Shown here: positions 24,641 to 37,101 of the stretch, piece by piece
How the letters are laid out: every line of letters begins with the position of its first letter
How positions within the stretch are numbered: the first letter of the stretch is position 1
From: Malacoraja senta
Lineage: Eukaryota
NCBI GenBank assembly: GCA_038087875.1
Contig: CM075987.1
Span: 26,476,001 to 26,540,000 of the forward strand
Length of the DNA stretch: 64,000 nt
Direction of reading: 5' to 3'
The notes under the pieces: model-generated
Database searches by the model: none
The model's input: only the letters and a program-made list of their open reading frames with translations
What the model was told of the DNA's origin: nothing
Made by a program: the position numbers and the translations under genes

Positions 24641-26515
24641 CGACATTAGCAACAAAAAATGTGTGTTACATGGCCTGTGGACATTGCAGCTGTATGCCAG
24701 CAACTCCTACGCAGGGCATCTTCCTTGAAGAAGGGTCTCGACCCAAAACGTCACCCATTCCTTCTCTCCAGAGATGCCGCCTGTCCCGCTGAGTTACTCC
24801 AGCATTTTGTGTCGTTCTTCCTTTTCAACTCAATTATTAACCATGAATTAAATACAGCATTAATATAGTGATTAGAATTTGAGTCATTATCTTTGTGATC
24901 ATTCTTATATTTTCCTTCCTCATCTTTCTTCTTTCCAAACACGAGAAAACTTAGTGAATGAACTAGTCTGAAGAAGGGCCTCGACCCGAAACGTCACCCA
25001 TTCCTTCTCTCCAGAGATGCTGCCTGTCCCGCTGAGTTACTCCAGCATTGTGTGTCTATCTTTAACAGCAATCATTATTTTGTTAGCTCATCACTCTACC
25101 TAAAACCTATATCATGTCCCATCTCCTGTGGCGTTCTGTGCTGCATCTTGGTGGAACCAGTCTGTTGCTGAAGGTGTTCCTCAGGTTGACCAGTGTGTCA
25201 CGGAGGGGGTGAACTGTCCAGAATTACTACCTACCTATCTGTTGACCCTCAGACTATCTTTGATTGGACGTGACTGGGTTTACCTTGCTCATCACTCTAC
25301 TTAAAACCATTTTGTGTCTACCTTCGGTTTAAACCAGCATCTGCAGTTCCTTCCCACACAAAACTAATTTAAATCCCAAGTCATTAGCATGAGTAACCCA
25401 GCAATAGGGTGTCCAATAAACACGGATTTCAAAGGTTATTTTCTAACAACTATTTATTAAATTGTCATGGTAACAGCAAAAGACCCTTTGTGGCATTTGT
25501 CAGAAGCACGACTGAATCAACACCTTTCATTCGCTTTAACTACCCTGTAATTCTCGGCATTATTATTCTTTAGTACTAGTTTGCTAATTATGTCTGGGGT
25601 AAGGAACCCTTCCAGGAAACGCTGAATGTTCAAATAATACCATCATTGCACTCTTTAGACTTTAGAGATGCAGCGCGGAAACAGGCCCTTCGGCCCACCC
25701 AGTCCGCGCCGACCAGCGATCATCTCGTACGCTAACACTATCCTACACAGGCGAGGGACAATTTATAATTTCACCGTGTGGGAGGAAACTGCAACACCCG
25801 GAGGAAACCCACGAGGTCACGGCCAGCTTCAGCGGCAGTTCCCTCCCAGCTATTATCAGTCAACTGAACCATCCTACCACAACTACGATTCGATACGATA
25901 CGATAGAACTTTATTTATCCCAGGAGTGAAATTGATCTGCCAACAGTCGTAAAACACAAGATGCATGAAACATGAAATTAAAGTGACGAGTGGAAAGGAT
26001 TGGGGATGTGCAAAGATTGGGGGTGGGGGGGGAGGGGTGGGGGAGGGGAGTCTGTCTACCCCACGACGGAAAGTGGAGGAGTTGTATAGTTTGATAGCCA
26101 CAGGGAAAAAGGATCCTCTGTGCTGCATCTTGGTGGAACCAGTCTGTTGCTGAAGGTGCTCCTCAGGTTGACCAGTGTGTCACGGAGGGGGTGAGCTGTA
26201 TTGAATTACTATCTACTTATTTGGTGACCCTCAGACTATCTTTGATTGGACTTCACTGCATTTACCTTGCACTAAACGTTATTCCCTTATCATGTATCTG
26301 TACACTGTGGATGGCTCGATTGTAATCATGTATTGTCCTTCTGCTGACTGGTTAGCACGCAACAAAAATCTTTTCAGTGTACCTCGGCACACGTGGCAAT
26401 AAACTAAACTGAAACTGAAAAACATACAAACCTATGCATGTCACGGGGCGAACGTACAAACTCCGTACAGACAGCACCCGTAGTCAGGAACGAACTGGGG
26501 TCTCTGGTGCTCTAA

Positions 26516-27052
26516 TGGGCCTGTCCCACTTGGCGATTATTTATGCAGCTGCCGGCGACTGTCATAGTCATAGCAGGTCACTGAAAAACCGGCGACAACC
26601 CACGTCATCCTGGCGACAACCTACGACAGCACCTACGTCAGGAGTAGACAAGCTGCGCTCGTTGGCGTCAAACCCACTGTCGCCAAAAATGTTTCAACAT
26701 GTCGAAAATTTAGCGGTGACCAGAAAGACGCTACGACTTTTTGCGCGACTGAGGAGACGACTCCCGGTGACCATGTGGTGACAAACCATAGACAATAGAC
26801 AATAGGTGCAGGGGTAGGCCATTTGGCCCTTCGAGCCAGCACCGCCATTCAATGTGATCATGGCTGATCATCCACAATCAGTACCCCGTTCCTGCCTTCT
26901 CCCCATATCCGCTATTTTTAAGAGCCCTATCCAGCTCTCTCTTGAAAGCATCCAGAGAACCTGCCTCCACCGCCCTCTGTGGCAGAGAATTCCACAGAGT
27001 GAAACTAGTCGCCTGTAGTTGCCTAAAAAATCGCCTAAGTGGGATAGGCCCA
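26516..27052. mobile_element. PIF/Harbinger-type MITE interrupted by a CR1 tail (about 26788-27000)
   Basis: TIRs TGGGCCTGTCCCACTT and AAGTGGGATAGGCCCA, flanked by TAA and CAA. Confidence 0.75.
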
Positions 27053-27226
27053 CAAGGCAGCAACCACCACCCTGCCGCCCATACTTGCTGTGTTTCCAGA
27101 GGCACCTATCCGTTAGTGTAATGGATGTGGGAGTTATCCAATAAACTCCAGAAACACCAGCATTAAAAACTAACCCTGAGCTGGTGCCACACTGCAGAGG
27201 CGCTGTTTTTGCAGATGAGATAAGAG

Positions 27227-27670
27227 TCTTAGAGTGATACAGTGTGGAAACAGGCCCTTCGGCCCAACTTTCCCACATCGGCCAACATAGTCATTGAGAA
27301 TCTTAGAGTGATACAGTGTGGAAACAGGCCCTTCGGCCCAACTTTCCCACATCGGCCAACATAGTCATTGAGAATCTTAGAGTGATACAGTGTGGAAACA
27401 GGCCCTTCAGCCCAACTTGCCCGCATCAGCCAACATAGTCATTGAGAATCTTAGAGTGATACAGTGTGGAAACAGGCCCTTTGGCCCAACTAGTCCACAC
27501 TGGCCAACATGACCCAGCTACACTAGTCCCACCTGCCTGCGTTTGGTCCATATCCCTCCAAACCTGCCCTATCCATGTACCTGTCCAAATGTTTCTTAAA
27601 CATTACGATAGTCTTTGCCTCAAATACATCCTCCGGCAGCTCGTTCCATACACCCACCACCCTTTGTGTG
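27227..27670 (-). repeat. 74-bp tandem repeat of a CR1 3' terminus (three units, plus a fourth that runs into the CR1 body)
   Basis: TCTTAGAGTGATACAGTGTGGAAACAGGCCC starts at 27227, 27301, 27375 and 27449. Confidence 0.9.
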
Positions 27671-28214
27671 TAAGTCTGGAAGCTTTGGTGCTGATTAATG
27701 TTTGTCTTGTCATTTCAGGTCTTTTAAATCCTCCCTTGTCATCACTCAGTTTTATCTGAGTTCACCAAAATTATTATTATATTTCACCATGATATGAATG
27801 CGCCGACAGATATTATTTTTTGTCTGGGTACCTGTAGCAGACGCGTAACAAATCATTTCCTTGCTCTTGAAATCCACGCAAAATAGAATGTATTTTAATC
27901 TTCCATTAAAATCACCCCTCAATATCTGCTTAATGTTTCCACTCTTTTTCCGACTTCTCCTGAGAATATCACATTAGCAATATTGTCCCGAACATTGCAC
28001 ATTTAAGCCATGTTTTTGTCACCGAGTCACTGGTTTTACGACTGCTTAGCAGCCTGAGGATTTTCATGCTGTTAGCAGCTGAGGCAGTGCGGAATGCATT
28101 TTGAAAAATCACAGACATTTTATGACCCGTTTTTCCCCCTATATTCCTGCAGGGCACAGAGATGGTTGAGAGGGGCATGTGCTCGGAGCTTTTGAAGATA
28201 TTAGCTTCAGACTT

Positions 28215-29410
28215 GCACGGTGGCGCAGACCCGGGTTCGATCCTGACTACGGGGGGCTTGTGTGTGCGGAGTTTGTACGTTCTCCCCGTGACCTGCGCGG
28301 GTTTTCTCCGGGTGCTCCGATTTCCTCCCACTCTCCAAAGACATGCAGGTTTGTCGGCTAATTGGCTTTGACAAAATTGTGAATTGTCCCTAGTGTGTGT
28401 AGGATAGTGTTAGTGTGCGGGGATCGCTGGTCGGCACGGACGCGGTGGGCCGAAGTACCTGTTTCCACGCTGTATCTCTAAACTAAACGAAACTTTAGAG
28501 TGACAGCGCAGAAACAGGCCCTTCGGTCCACCAGGTCTGTGTCGGCCAGCGATCCTCCTACACTAACACTATCCTACACACTGTGGACAATTAACAATGT
28601 TGTAAAAGCCAATTAACCTACAAACCTGCACATCTTTGGAGTGCGGGAGGAAGCCCACGCGGGTCACGGGGAGAACGTCCAAACTCCATAAAGACAGCAC
28701 CCGTAGTCAGGATCAATACCGGGTCTCTGGCCCTGTAAAGCAGCTACTCTACCGCTGCGCCACCGTGCCGCCCTTAATTTCACCAGTGTTTGTAAGCTCG
28801 AGAAGGAGTGACAAGTGTGGTTCAAAGATGTATTCTTTAAAATGAGAGCAGAGCACAATGCATCCATCTCACAATTTGTAAAACAAGCCATCAGATATCC
28901 ATGCGGTAATAATTGCTTGCTCAATCCTTAGGGTGGCACGGTGGCGCAGCGGTAGAGTTGCTGCCTCACAGCGCCAGAGACCCGGGTTCGATACCGACTA
29001 CAGGTGCTGTCTGTACGGAGCTTGTACGTTCTCCCCGTGACCTGAGTGGGTTTTCTCAGAGATCTTCGGTTTCCTCCAACACTCCAAAGACGTACAGGTT
29101 TGTAGTTTAATTGGCATGGTACAAATGAAAATTGTCCTTAGTGTGAGAGAGAGCTAGATAGGGCTCTTAAAGATAGCGGAGTCAGGGGATATGGGGAGAA
29201 GGCAGGAACGGGGTACTGATTGGGGATGATCAGCCATGATCACATTGAATGGCGGTGCTGGCTCGAAGGGCCGAATGGCCTACTCCTGCACCTATTGTTT
29301 ATTGTCTATTGTGTGTGTTGGGTAGTGTTAGTGTGCAGGGAGCGCTGGTCGGTGCGGACTCGGTGGGCCAAAGGGCCTGTTTCTGCGCCATATCTCTAAA
29401 CTAAACTAAA
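28215..29410. mobile_element. HE1-like SINE cluster: tail-to-tail pair (28215-28490 +, 28495-28773 -) and a copy at 28931-29410 (+) interrupted by a CR1 tail
   Basis: SINE head, core and tail motifs as in the other copies. Confidence 0.8.
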
Positions 29411-31634
29411 CCTTTGGACGTTGAAGAATCTCCTGAGCATCATGTCTGAGTATCGCCACAGTGGTGCATTTAGCTGGCAAGCATTTGTTGCAGTCATTTA
29501 GTCCTCTAATTGCAAACAGGCATTGTTATGGGCAAGCAGAGACTTGGGGGAGAAACTAGCCCTTGACAGAGACATTTTACCTTCTTGATCTTTGTGGGGA
29601 GTTCTTTCGTTGTAATCAAAACAACAGCATTAAAACCATCGAGCTCCAGAGCCATAAAACCTAACATCGCTAATCCTCGAGCTTAGCAGTTCACACAACT
29701 GCCTGAAGGAGTATGAATTCAGCAGCTTCAGTGCTCTCTGCAAGAGACACAATACGAATCGCAAACTAGCAGCTCAGTCTTACACTCCAGACGCTACTGA
29801 GCGGAAGAGACGATGAGCGTGGCTTGAAATAGTCATAGAGTGATACAGCGTGGAAACAGGCCCTTTGGCCCAACTTGCCCACACTGACCAACATGTCCCA
29901 GCTACACTAGTCCCACCTACCCGCGTTTGGCCCATATCCCTCCAAACCTGTCCTATCCATGTACCTGTGTAACTGTTTCTTAAACATTAGGATAGACCTT
30001 GCCTCAACTACCTCCTCTGGCAGCTCATTCCACACACACACACACACACACACACCACCCTCTGTGTGAAGTGTGTGTTAATCTTTGCAGAAATCAAATT
30101 GGGTTTTGCGAGAATGTCTTTCTCCCTCTCCTGAAATCTTCTGTAGTATCAGCCACTTACAGCTTGGTAGGTGACCTTCGTGCCAACCTTCGAATGAAAG
30201 GGCGTCCTGGGGGTGGAATTGGATTCATTGGAGGTGGTCTTGGAGGGGAGGATGCTCCTCAAACTGACCAAGATCACATTGTAATTCTTAATCACCATCT
30301 TCATTGTCCACAATACCACTGTCGCATGCAAACGCACTAGTTAATAATTCATTGTCACAGACGTCTGTGGAGGCCACGCCTTTGGTCATTTCTAAAGCAG
30401 AGATCGATAGTGTCTTGATTAATACGGGTGTCAACGTTTATGTGGAGAAGGCAGGAGAATGAGGTTGAGAGGGAAAGATAGATCAGCCATGATTGAATGG
30501 CGGAGCAGACTTGATGGGCCAAGGGGCCTAACTCTGCTCCTAGAACACATGTACAGTATAAAAACAAAGAAACTAATAAACAGACAATAATAGTACAAAA
30601 ATACCATCCCCAAGTCAATATAGTTCAGAGCCTATTTGGAGGTTGTTGTGTTTAATAATCTGTTGGCTGTAGGGAAGAAGCTGTTCCTGAACCTGGACGT
30701 TACAATTTTGACTAGATACTAAAAGAACATTTAAAGACACACATGGATTGAAAGATTGAAAGGGATAGGACCCAAACATGGGCAAATGGGACTTGGTCGG
30801 CATGGTTCAGCATGGGCTTATTTGGGCATCTAGGTCACCATGGACAAGTTGGCCTGAAAGTCCATTGTTTTTGCTGTATGATTCTATCTACTCAGGCCCA
30901 GGAGATGTATCTACCTTCACACATCTTAAGAAGGTCCAGCACCTCCTGGACCGTAATACGGATTGTTCTCACGACATCAACAATAATTTCCCCACATTCC
31001 CTTGTCTTCATGTCTCTCTCCGTGCTAGAAGCAAAGAAGGAGGATTCGCAGAGGAAATATTCACTTCCGCAGTTGGCCTTTTCTCACTAAAGTCCACATA
31101 CCCGGTGCCCTCCAGCGGTCCATTCCTCATGGATGCTGATCACCCCTAGATTTACTATTGACCCACAGCCCAAATTCATTAAACATCTGGCCAAATGACC
31201 ACTGTTAAAGAAAACTTTAAAACAGCAACACAAAGATCGGGCTTGACAATCCAGACTTTATTTAAGAGCACCAAAGATAGTGATCACTAGGAGTAATCTA
31301 GGAGATTGCTCCACGAACAAAGATTCATATACAGAACTTTCCTTTGATGTTTTGATTATTGCAGAAGGCACTTTAGAAATGTTCCTTCTTCCAAATGGTC
31401 GTATAAAAAATATACATCATGCCCCTCCGAAAGGCACAGCAGAGTAAACACGGCCCAATTCCAACCCATTACAGATAAGCAAATGTCCTGTTACACTTTC
31501 GACCCTAATTAATGGTTTTACGATTGCCACTTGTCCTTTGACAACAGAGAAGTGAATCTGACTAAAGTCGAGCGCAGTTAGTAGGAAAGAACCGCAGATG
31601 CTGGTTTAAATCGAAGATAGACTGAGGAAGGACA

Positions 31635-32171
31635 AATCTGAGGAAGGACATTATTGCCATAGAGGGAGTGCAGAGAAGGTTCACCAGACTGATTCCTGGG
31701 ATGTCAGGACTGTCTTATGAAGAAAGACTGGATAGACTTGGTTTATACTCTCTAGAATTTAGGAGATTGAGAGGGGATCTTATAGAAACTTACAAAATTC
31801 TTAAGGGGTTGGACAGGCTAGATGCAGGAAGATTGCTCCCGATGTTGGGGAAGTCCAGGACAAGGGGTCACAGCTTAAGGATAAGGGGGAAATCCTTTAA
31901 AACCGAGATGAGAAGAACTTTTTTCACACAGAGAGTGGTGAATCTCTGGAACTCTCTGCCACAGAGGGTAGTCGAGGCCAGTTCATTGGCTATATTTAAG
32001 AGGGAGCTAGATGTGGCCCTTGTGGCTAAAGGGATCAGAGGGTATGGAGAGAAGGCAGGTACGGGATACTGAGTTGGATGATCAGCCATGATCATATTGA
32101 ATGGCGGTGCAGGCTCGAAGGGCCGAATGGCCTACTCCTGCACCTAATTTCTATGTTTCTATGTTTCTATA
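31635..32171 (+). mobile_element. Young CR1 3' fragment inserted into a Penelope-derived repeat
   Basis: 134-aa CR1 RT C-terminus, (CTATGTTT)n tail, ATAGAC flanking both sides. Confidence 0.9.
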
Positions 32172-34535
32172 GACACAACATGCTGGAGTAACTCAGCGGG
32201 ACAGGCAGCATCTCTGGAGAGAAGGAATGGGTGGCGTTTCGGGTCTCGACCAGAAACATCACCCATTCCTTCTCTCCAGAGATGCTGCCTGTCCCACTGA
32301 GTTACTCCAGCATTCTGTGTCTGTTATAGAATACAATACCATTTTTTTTATTGTCTTTTTTTTTGTCTTTTGGACAAATTTGTCATTCGGACCCCGTTGA
32401 GGTCCAAACGAAATGTCGTTTCTGCAGCCATACATTACAAAACGAAGAAGACCCGAGACACAACACAATTTACACATACATCCATCACAGCGCTGTGATG
32501 GAAGGCAAAAAAAACGTATCTCTCCACTGTGGAGAGTGTCATTTACACATGCTCAGTTTCAACCTTCTCTAAAGCACAGAATTATTATAACACATGAAGA
32601 GGACTTTAAACATCTTAAACACTCTACCTACCCCTATCCCTTGCTGTCATCTTGAAGCTTTGCAATTCATCTTTGACACCACCAGCATCAATAAGAAATG
32701 CCACAGCATAAAGAATGTGTGTACTACAGACAGCTGACCAATTTGTCTTTGCATCCCCCTACTTTAATACAGAAAACAAATTTAATACAGAGATGCGGTC
32801 ACGGTGGTGCAGTGGTAGACTTGGTGCCTCACGGCGAATGCAGTGCGGGAGACCCAGGTTCGATCCCGACGACGGGTGCTGTCTGTGCGGAGTTTGTACG
32901 TTCTCCCCCGTGGGTTTTCTCCAAGATCTTCGGTTTCCTTCCAACAATCCAAGGACGTACAGGTTTGTAGGTTAATTGGCTTGGTAAATGTAAAAATTGT
33001 CCCCAGTGGGTGTAGGGTGGTGTTGGTGTGCAGGGGTCGCTGGTTGACGAGGACCGATGGGCCGAACGCTCTGTTTCCGCGCTGTATCTCTAAACTAAAC
33101 TAAACCTTTGGACGTTGAAGAATCTCCTGAGCATCATGTCTGAGTGTCGCCACAGTGGTGCATTTAGCTGGCAAGCATTTGTTGCAGTCATTTAGTCCTC
33201 TAATTGCAAACAGGCATTGTTATGGGCAAGCAAAGACTTGGGGGAGAAACTAGCCCTTGACAGAGACATTTTACCTTCTTGATCTTTGTGGGGAGTGGTA
33301 GGTCCCAATGTTCAACTGAGCTCACCGTTGGGAACAGGCAACTGAACCATTCTACCACAACCAGAGAGCAGTCCTGACCTACTATCTACCTCATTGGTGA
33401 CCCTCGGACTATCCTTGATTGGACTTACCTTGCACTAGGCGTTATTCCCTTTATCCTGTATCTGTACACTGTAAATGGCTCGATTGTAATCATGTATTGT
33501 CTTTCCGCTGACCAGTTAGTACGCAACAAAAGCTTTTCACTGTACCTCGGTACACGTGACAATAAACTAAACTCACTGAAACTGAAGTAATTGGTTGCAG
33601 GTGACAAGTAATTACTTGCCCCACAGCCGAGGCCTGAGACTGATGAGGTAACGAGTTATAATTGATTACTGGGTCCAATTCATCCAAATTGCCATCGATG
33701 ATACAGCGATCTACAAATAGATCAGGGCAGGTCGACCTTCTCCCTCCAAGTGTGTTCAACTATTGGAGGGAGAAACGCTTCAAGGCTGCCCGCTTTACTC
33801 CAACAAATTGGCATTGTTTCCCACCCATTGCCCTTGTTTCATTTCTTATCCACATTCACCGCACATCCTTCCACAAATTGCTGAGATAAATGGGAATAAA
33901 GCTGGCTGATGCAACGCTGGTGACAGAATTAGACTGTTCTGCGTGCTGCACCTGGGGGAATTGTCTCGTTATTTTGCTTCTAATAACAGAAAGCAAGCGC
34001 AGGAATCTCCAGCAACCTCGTGCAAGAACCCGAGCTGATTATTCTTCTCCCGGTCAGAGTCCCGGTCGGTCATCAGTCCCAGATGGAGAGTGACACGGTT
34101 AATTCTGAGACGAGGGTCCCGAACTTAAAGGAAGGAGACATTGGTGGCTTGAGCCGAGAATTGGCTTGGATAGACTAGCAAATGATACTTAGAGGGTTGA
34201 CGGTGGAGTTGCATTGCCAAAGATTTAAAGAGCGCGTGGATGAACTACAAAAAAATTGTTCATCCCTGTCTGGCGAAAAAATAAAACGGGGAAGGCGGCT
34301 GAACCGTGGCTGACGAGGGAAATTAGGGATAGTGTTAAATCCAAGGAAGAGGTATATAAATCAGCCAGATTATACTGCATCTACCATGCATCTGCCCACA
34401 CACCCAACCTTTCCAAGTCATCCTGCAGCCTCTTAGCATCCTCCTCGCAGCTCACACTGCCACCCAGCTTTGTGTCATCCGCAAACTTGAAGATGTTACA
34501 TTTAATTCCCTCGTCTAAATCGTTAATGTATATTG

Positions 34536-34985
34536 TACAGAGAAAGGTTGAACAAGTTAGGGCTTTATTCTTTGGAGCGCAGAAGGTTAAGGGGGGACTT
34601 GATAGAGGTCTTTAAAATGATGAGAGGGATAGACAGAGTTGACGTGGATAAGCTTTTCCCACTGAGAGTAGGGAAGATTCAAACAAGAGGACATGACTTG
34701 AGAATTAAGGGACAGAAGTTTAGGGGTAACATGAGGGGGAACTTCTTTACTCAGAGAGTGGTGGCTGTGTGGAATGAGCTTCCAGTGAAGGTGGTGGAGG
34801 CAGGTTCGTTTTTATCATTTAAAAATAAATTGGATAGTTATATGGACAGGAAAGGAATGGAGGGTTATGGTCTGAGCGCAGGTATATGGGACTAGGGGAG
34901 AATACGTGTTCGGCACGGACTAGAAGGGTCGAGATGGCCTGTTTCCGTGCTGTAATTGTTATATGGTTATATGGTTATATGGTTA
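34536..34985 (+). mobile_element. CR1 3' fragment with an (ATATGGTT)n tail, nested in an older minus-strand CR1 RT fragment (about 34380-35108)
   Basis: ORF YRERLNKLGLYSLERRRLRGDLIEVFK; TATTGTA on both flanks. Confidence 0.8.
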
Positions 34986-35626
34986 TTGTAAATAACTGGG
35001 GTCCCAGCACCACGTTTACGGCACCCCACTAGTCACTGCCTGCCATTCTGAAAAGGACCCGTTAATTCCTACTCTTTGCTTCCTGTCTGCCAACCAGTTC
35101 TCTATCCACGCTATCGGTGGGCTGAAGGGCCTGTTTATGCCCTGTATCTTTAAACTAAACTAAACAGTCAGCTGCAGGTAACTCCATTTAATAATCTGAG
35201 AGTGAGTTGGAAACGCTAAAATATGAGACAGTTACTCTCATGATCATTGTGGTTATAGACTCATTGAGTCATATAGTGTGGAAACTGGTCCTTTGGCCAA
35301 CTTGCCTTCACCAACCAACTACACTCGTCCCACCTGCCTGTGTTTGGCCCATATCCCTCTAAAACTGTCCTATCCAAGTACCTGTCCAAATGTTTCTTAA
35401 CCATTGCAATAGACCCTGCCTCAATTGTAAATCACTTCAGACTGTATAAGATTTACACACATCTTTAATCAGCACAGTAACTTGGCAGCATGACAAAACG
35501 AGGTGTTGTCAGTACATCCTGGCTGCTTCAACTAACGGTGCTGGGGATGGGCGTTAGTATAAATGTTATAATGGGGTGGAGTTAGTGATGCTGGCTAAGT
35601 GTGATTGATTCACATGCATCATCAAT

Positions 35627-36323
35627 TGCTGGACCAGGTGCCCTTCGTCGATCCAGAACATTCCGTTATGCTCCGGCTATCCGTGATGCCAATGACCAGG
35701 TAATTACACCGGCGGAGTCTCCTACTGACCCTAATGTTTTGCTGCGTAAACTAGGCCACATCTGTGACCTGCCCTCAAATCACATTTTGGACAGGGCAAG
35801 GTTTTTCTCTCGTCGTCAACTTCCCGGGGAACGAGTTGACTCACTTATTTCTTCTTTGATGTATCTAGCCCAACGTGGCCGATTTCAGGAAATGCCGTTG
35901 GATCAGTTGACTGATCAGTTAACGAGGGATATTTTAGTGAATGGTATCACCGATCAAAAGCTCAGATCAGAGCTCCTGAGACGGCCAGAGTTATCACTAG
36001 AGGACGCGGTGCACGCATGTAGAACAGCTGAACTTGTCGATCCCATAGACATTTCGCATGAAAGCAATACCATCAATCTGACGGGCCTCACTAGGCAGCG
36101 GACATACACAGATAACAGCCGATTTATGACCCAAGCTAGCCAGGCAGCTCTCAGCGGTCCTCCCCAGAAATGTCCTAACTGCGGCTATCTACACAACAGG
36201 CAATCCACCTGCCCCGCCCTCGGGAAGGCTTGTAATTACTGCAAAAAAGCTAAATCATTTTGCCTCAGTCTGTCGGGCTGCAATCAGGGCCCGAGGAAAG
36301 AATGCGCCCAGTCCCAAGTCTAA
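35627..36323 (+). pseudogene. Gypsy gag remnant
   Basis: DRARFFSRRQLPGERVDSLISSL, RDILVNGITD and a CCHC knuckle; frameshifted near 36245. Confidence 0.8.
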
Positions 36324-36467
36324 TCTCAATTTTTTGCAACGAGACAGCAACATACTGACTCCCCATTTCCAGCTCAAAGCCGCCCCCGAATATATTCCAA
36401 TTAACTCGCAAGACGACCCAACTGTTTACACGTTACAGCATTCTGCTGCCAAGAACTCTGATCTACA

Positions 36468-37101
36468 GTGACGATATCTGTAAACAATGTTGTTTTTGGC
36501 GCGAAATTGGATACTGGCGCGAATGTCAACACAATGTCAATCAACCTTTTTAACAAGATTAGAGCTAACGAGCCACTTGTCAAGGACGCGTCCACTTTAC
36601 ATGCTTTTGGTGGGGAGGTGCTAGTTCCTCTGGACAAAACCAACTTGAAATGTGTACTGAAGAAAACAACGAGGGAATTGACCTTCTATGTGTTGAACTT
36701 TAATTCAGTTACTCTGCTTGGCAATCGTGCCTGTCAGGAACTGGGGCTGATTTCCTTTGATAAGACTGTCCACAAACTGCAAGTTTCTTTTGATCCACTG
36801 AATGAATTCCCTGGTCTCTTCGACAACAACCTAGGCAAGTTGCCTGTGCCCCACAAGATTATTACTGACCCCGATGTGACACCCGTAATCCGAGCCCCGC
36901 ACCGATTGTCATTTGCCATGACTGACAGGGTTCACTCTATGCTGAAGGACATGGTCTCCAAAGGCGTAATTGAATTAGTCAGCGACCCCACCGGCTGGGT
37001 CTCAACCATGATTGCCACAGTCAAGAAGGGAAAGGATGAAATCCGCCTGTGCATTAATCCCAAAGACCTGAACACTGTCATTAAGCGCCCACACCATCCC
37101 A
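36468..37101 (+). pseudogene. Gypsy protease and N-terminal RT remnant
   Basis: LDTGA, LLGNRACQELGLI, GVIE..PTGWVS, RLCINPKDLN. Confidence 0.85.

Noticed and set aside
27227..27500. CRISPR-like regular array
   Set aside because: Whole units repeat with no unique spacers, they derive from a CR1 tail, and the context is eukaryotic.
29999..31149. ORFs at 29999-30340 and 30778-31149 as host exons
   Set aside because: They overlap degraded CR1 RT sequence, show no recognisable protein and have no convincing splice-site pair.
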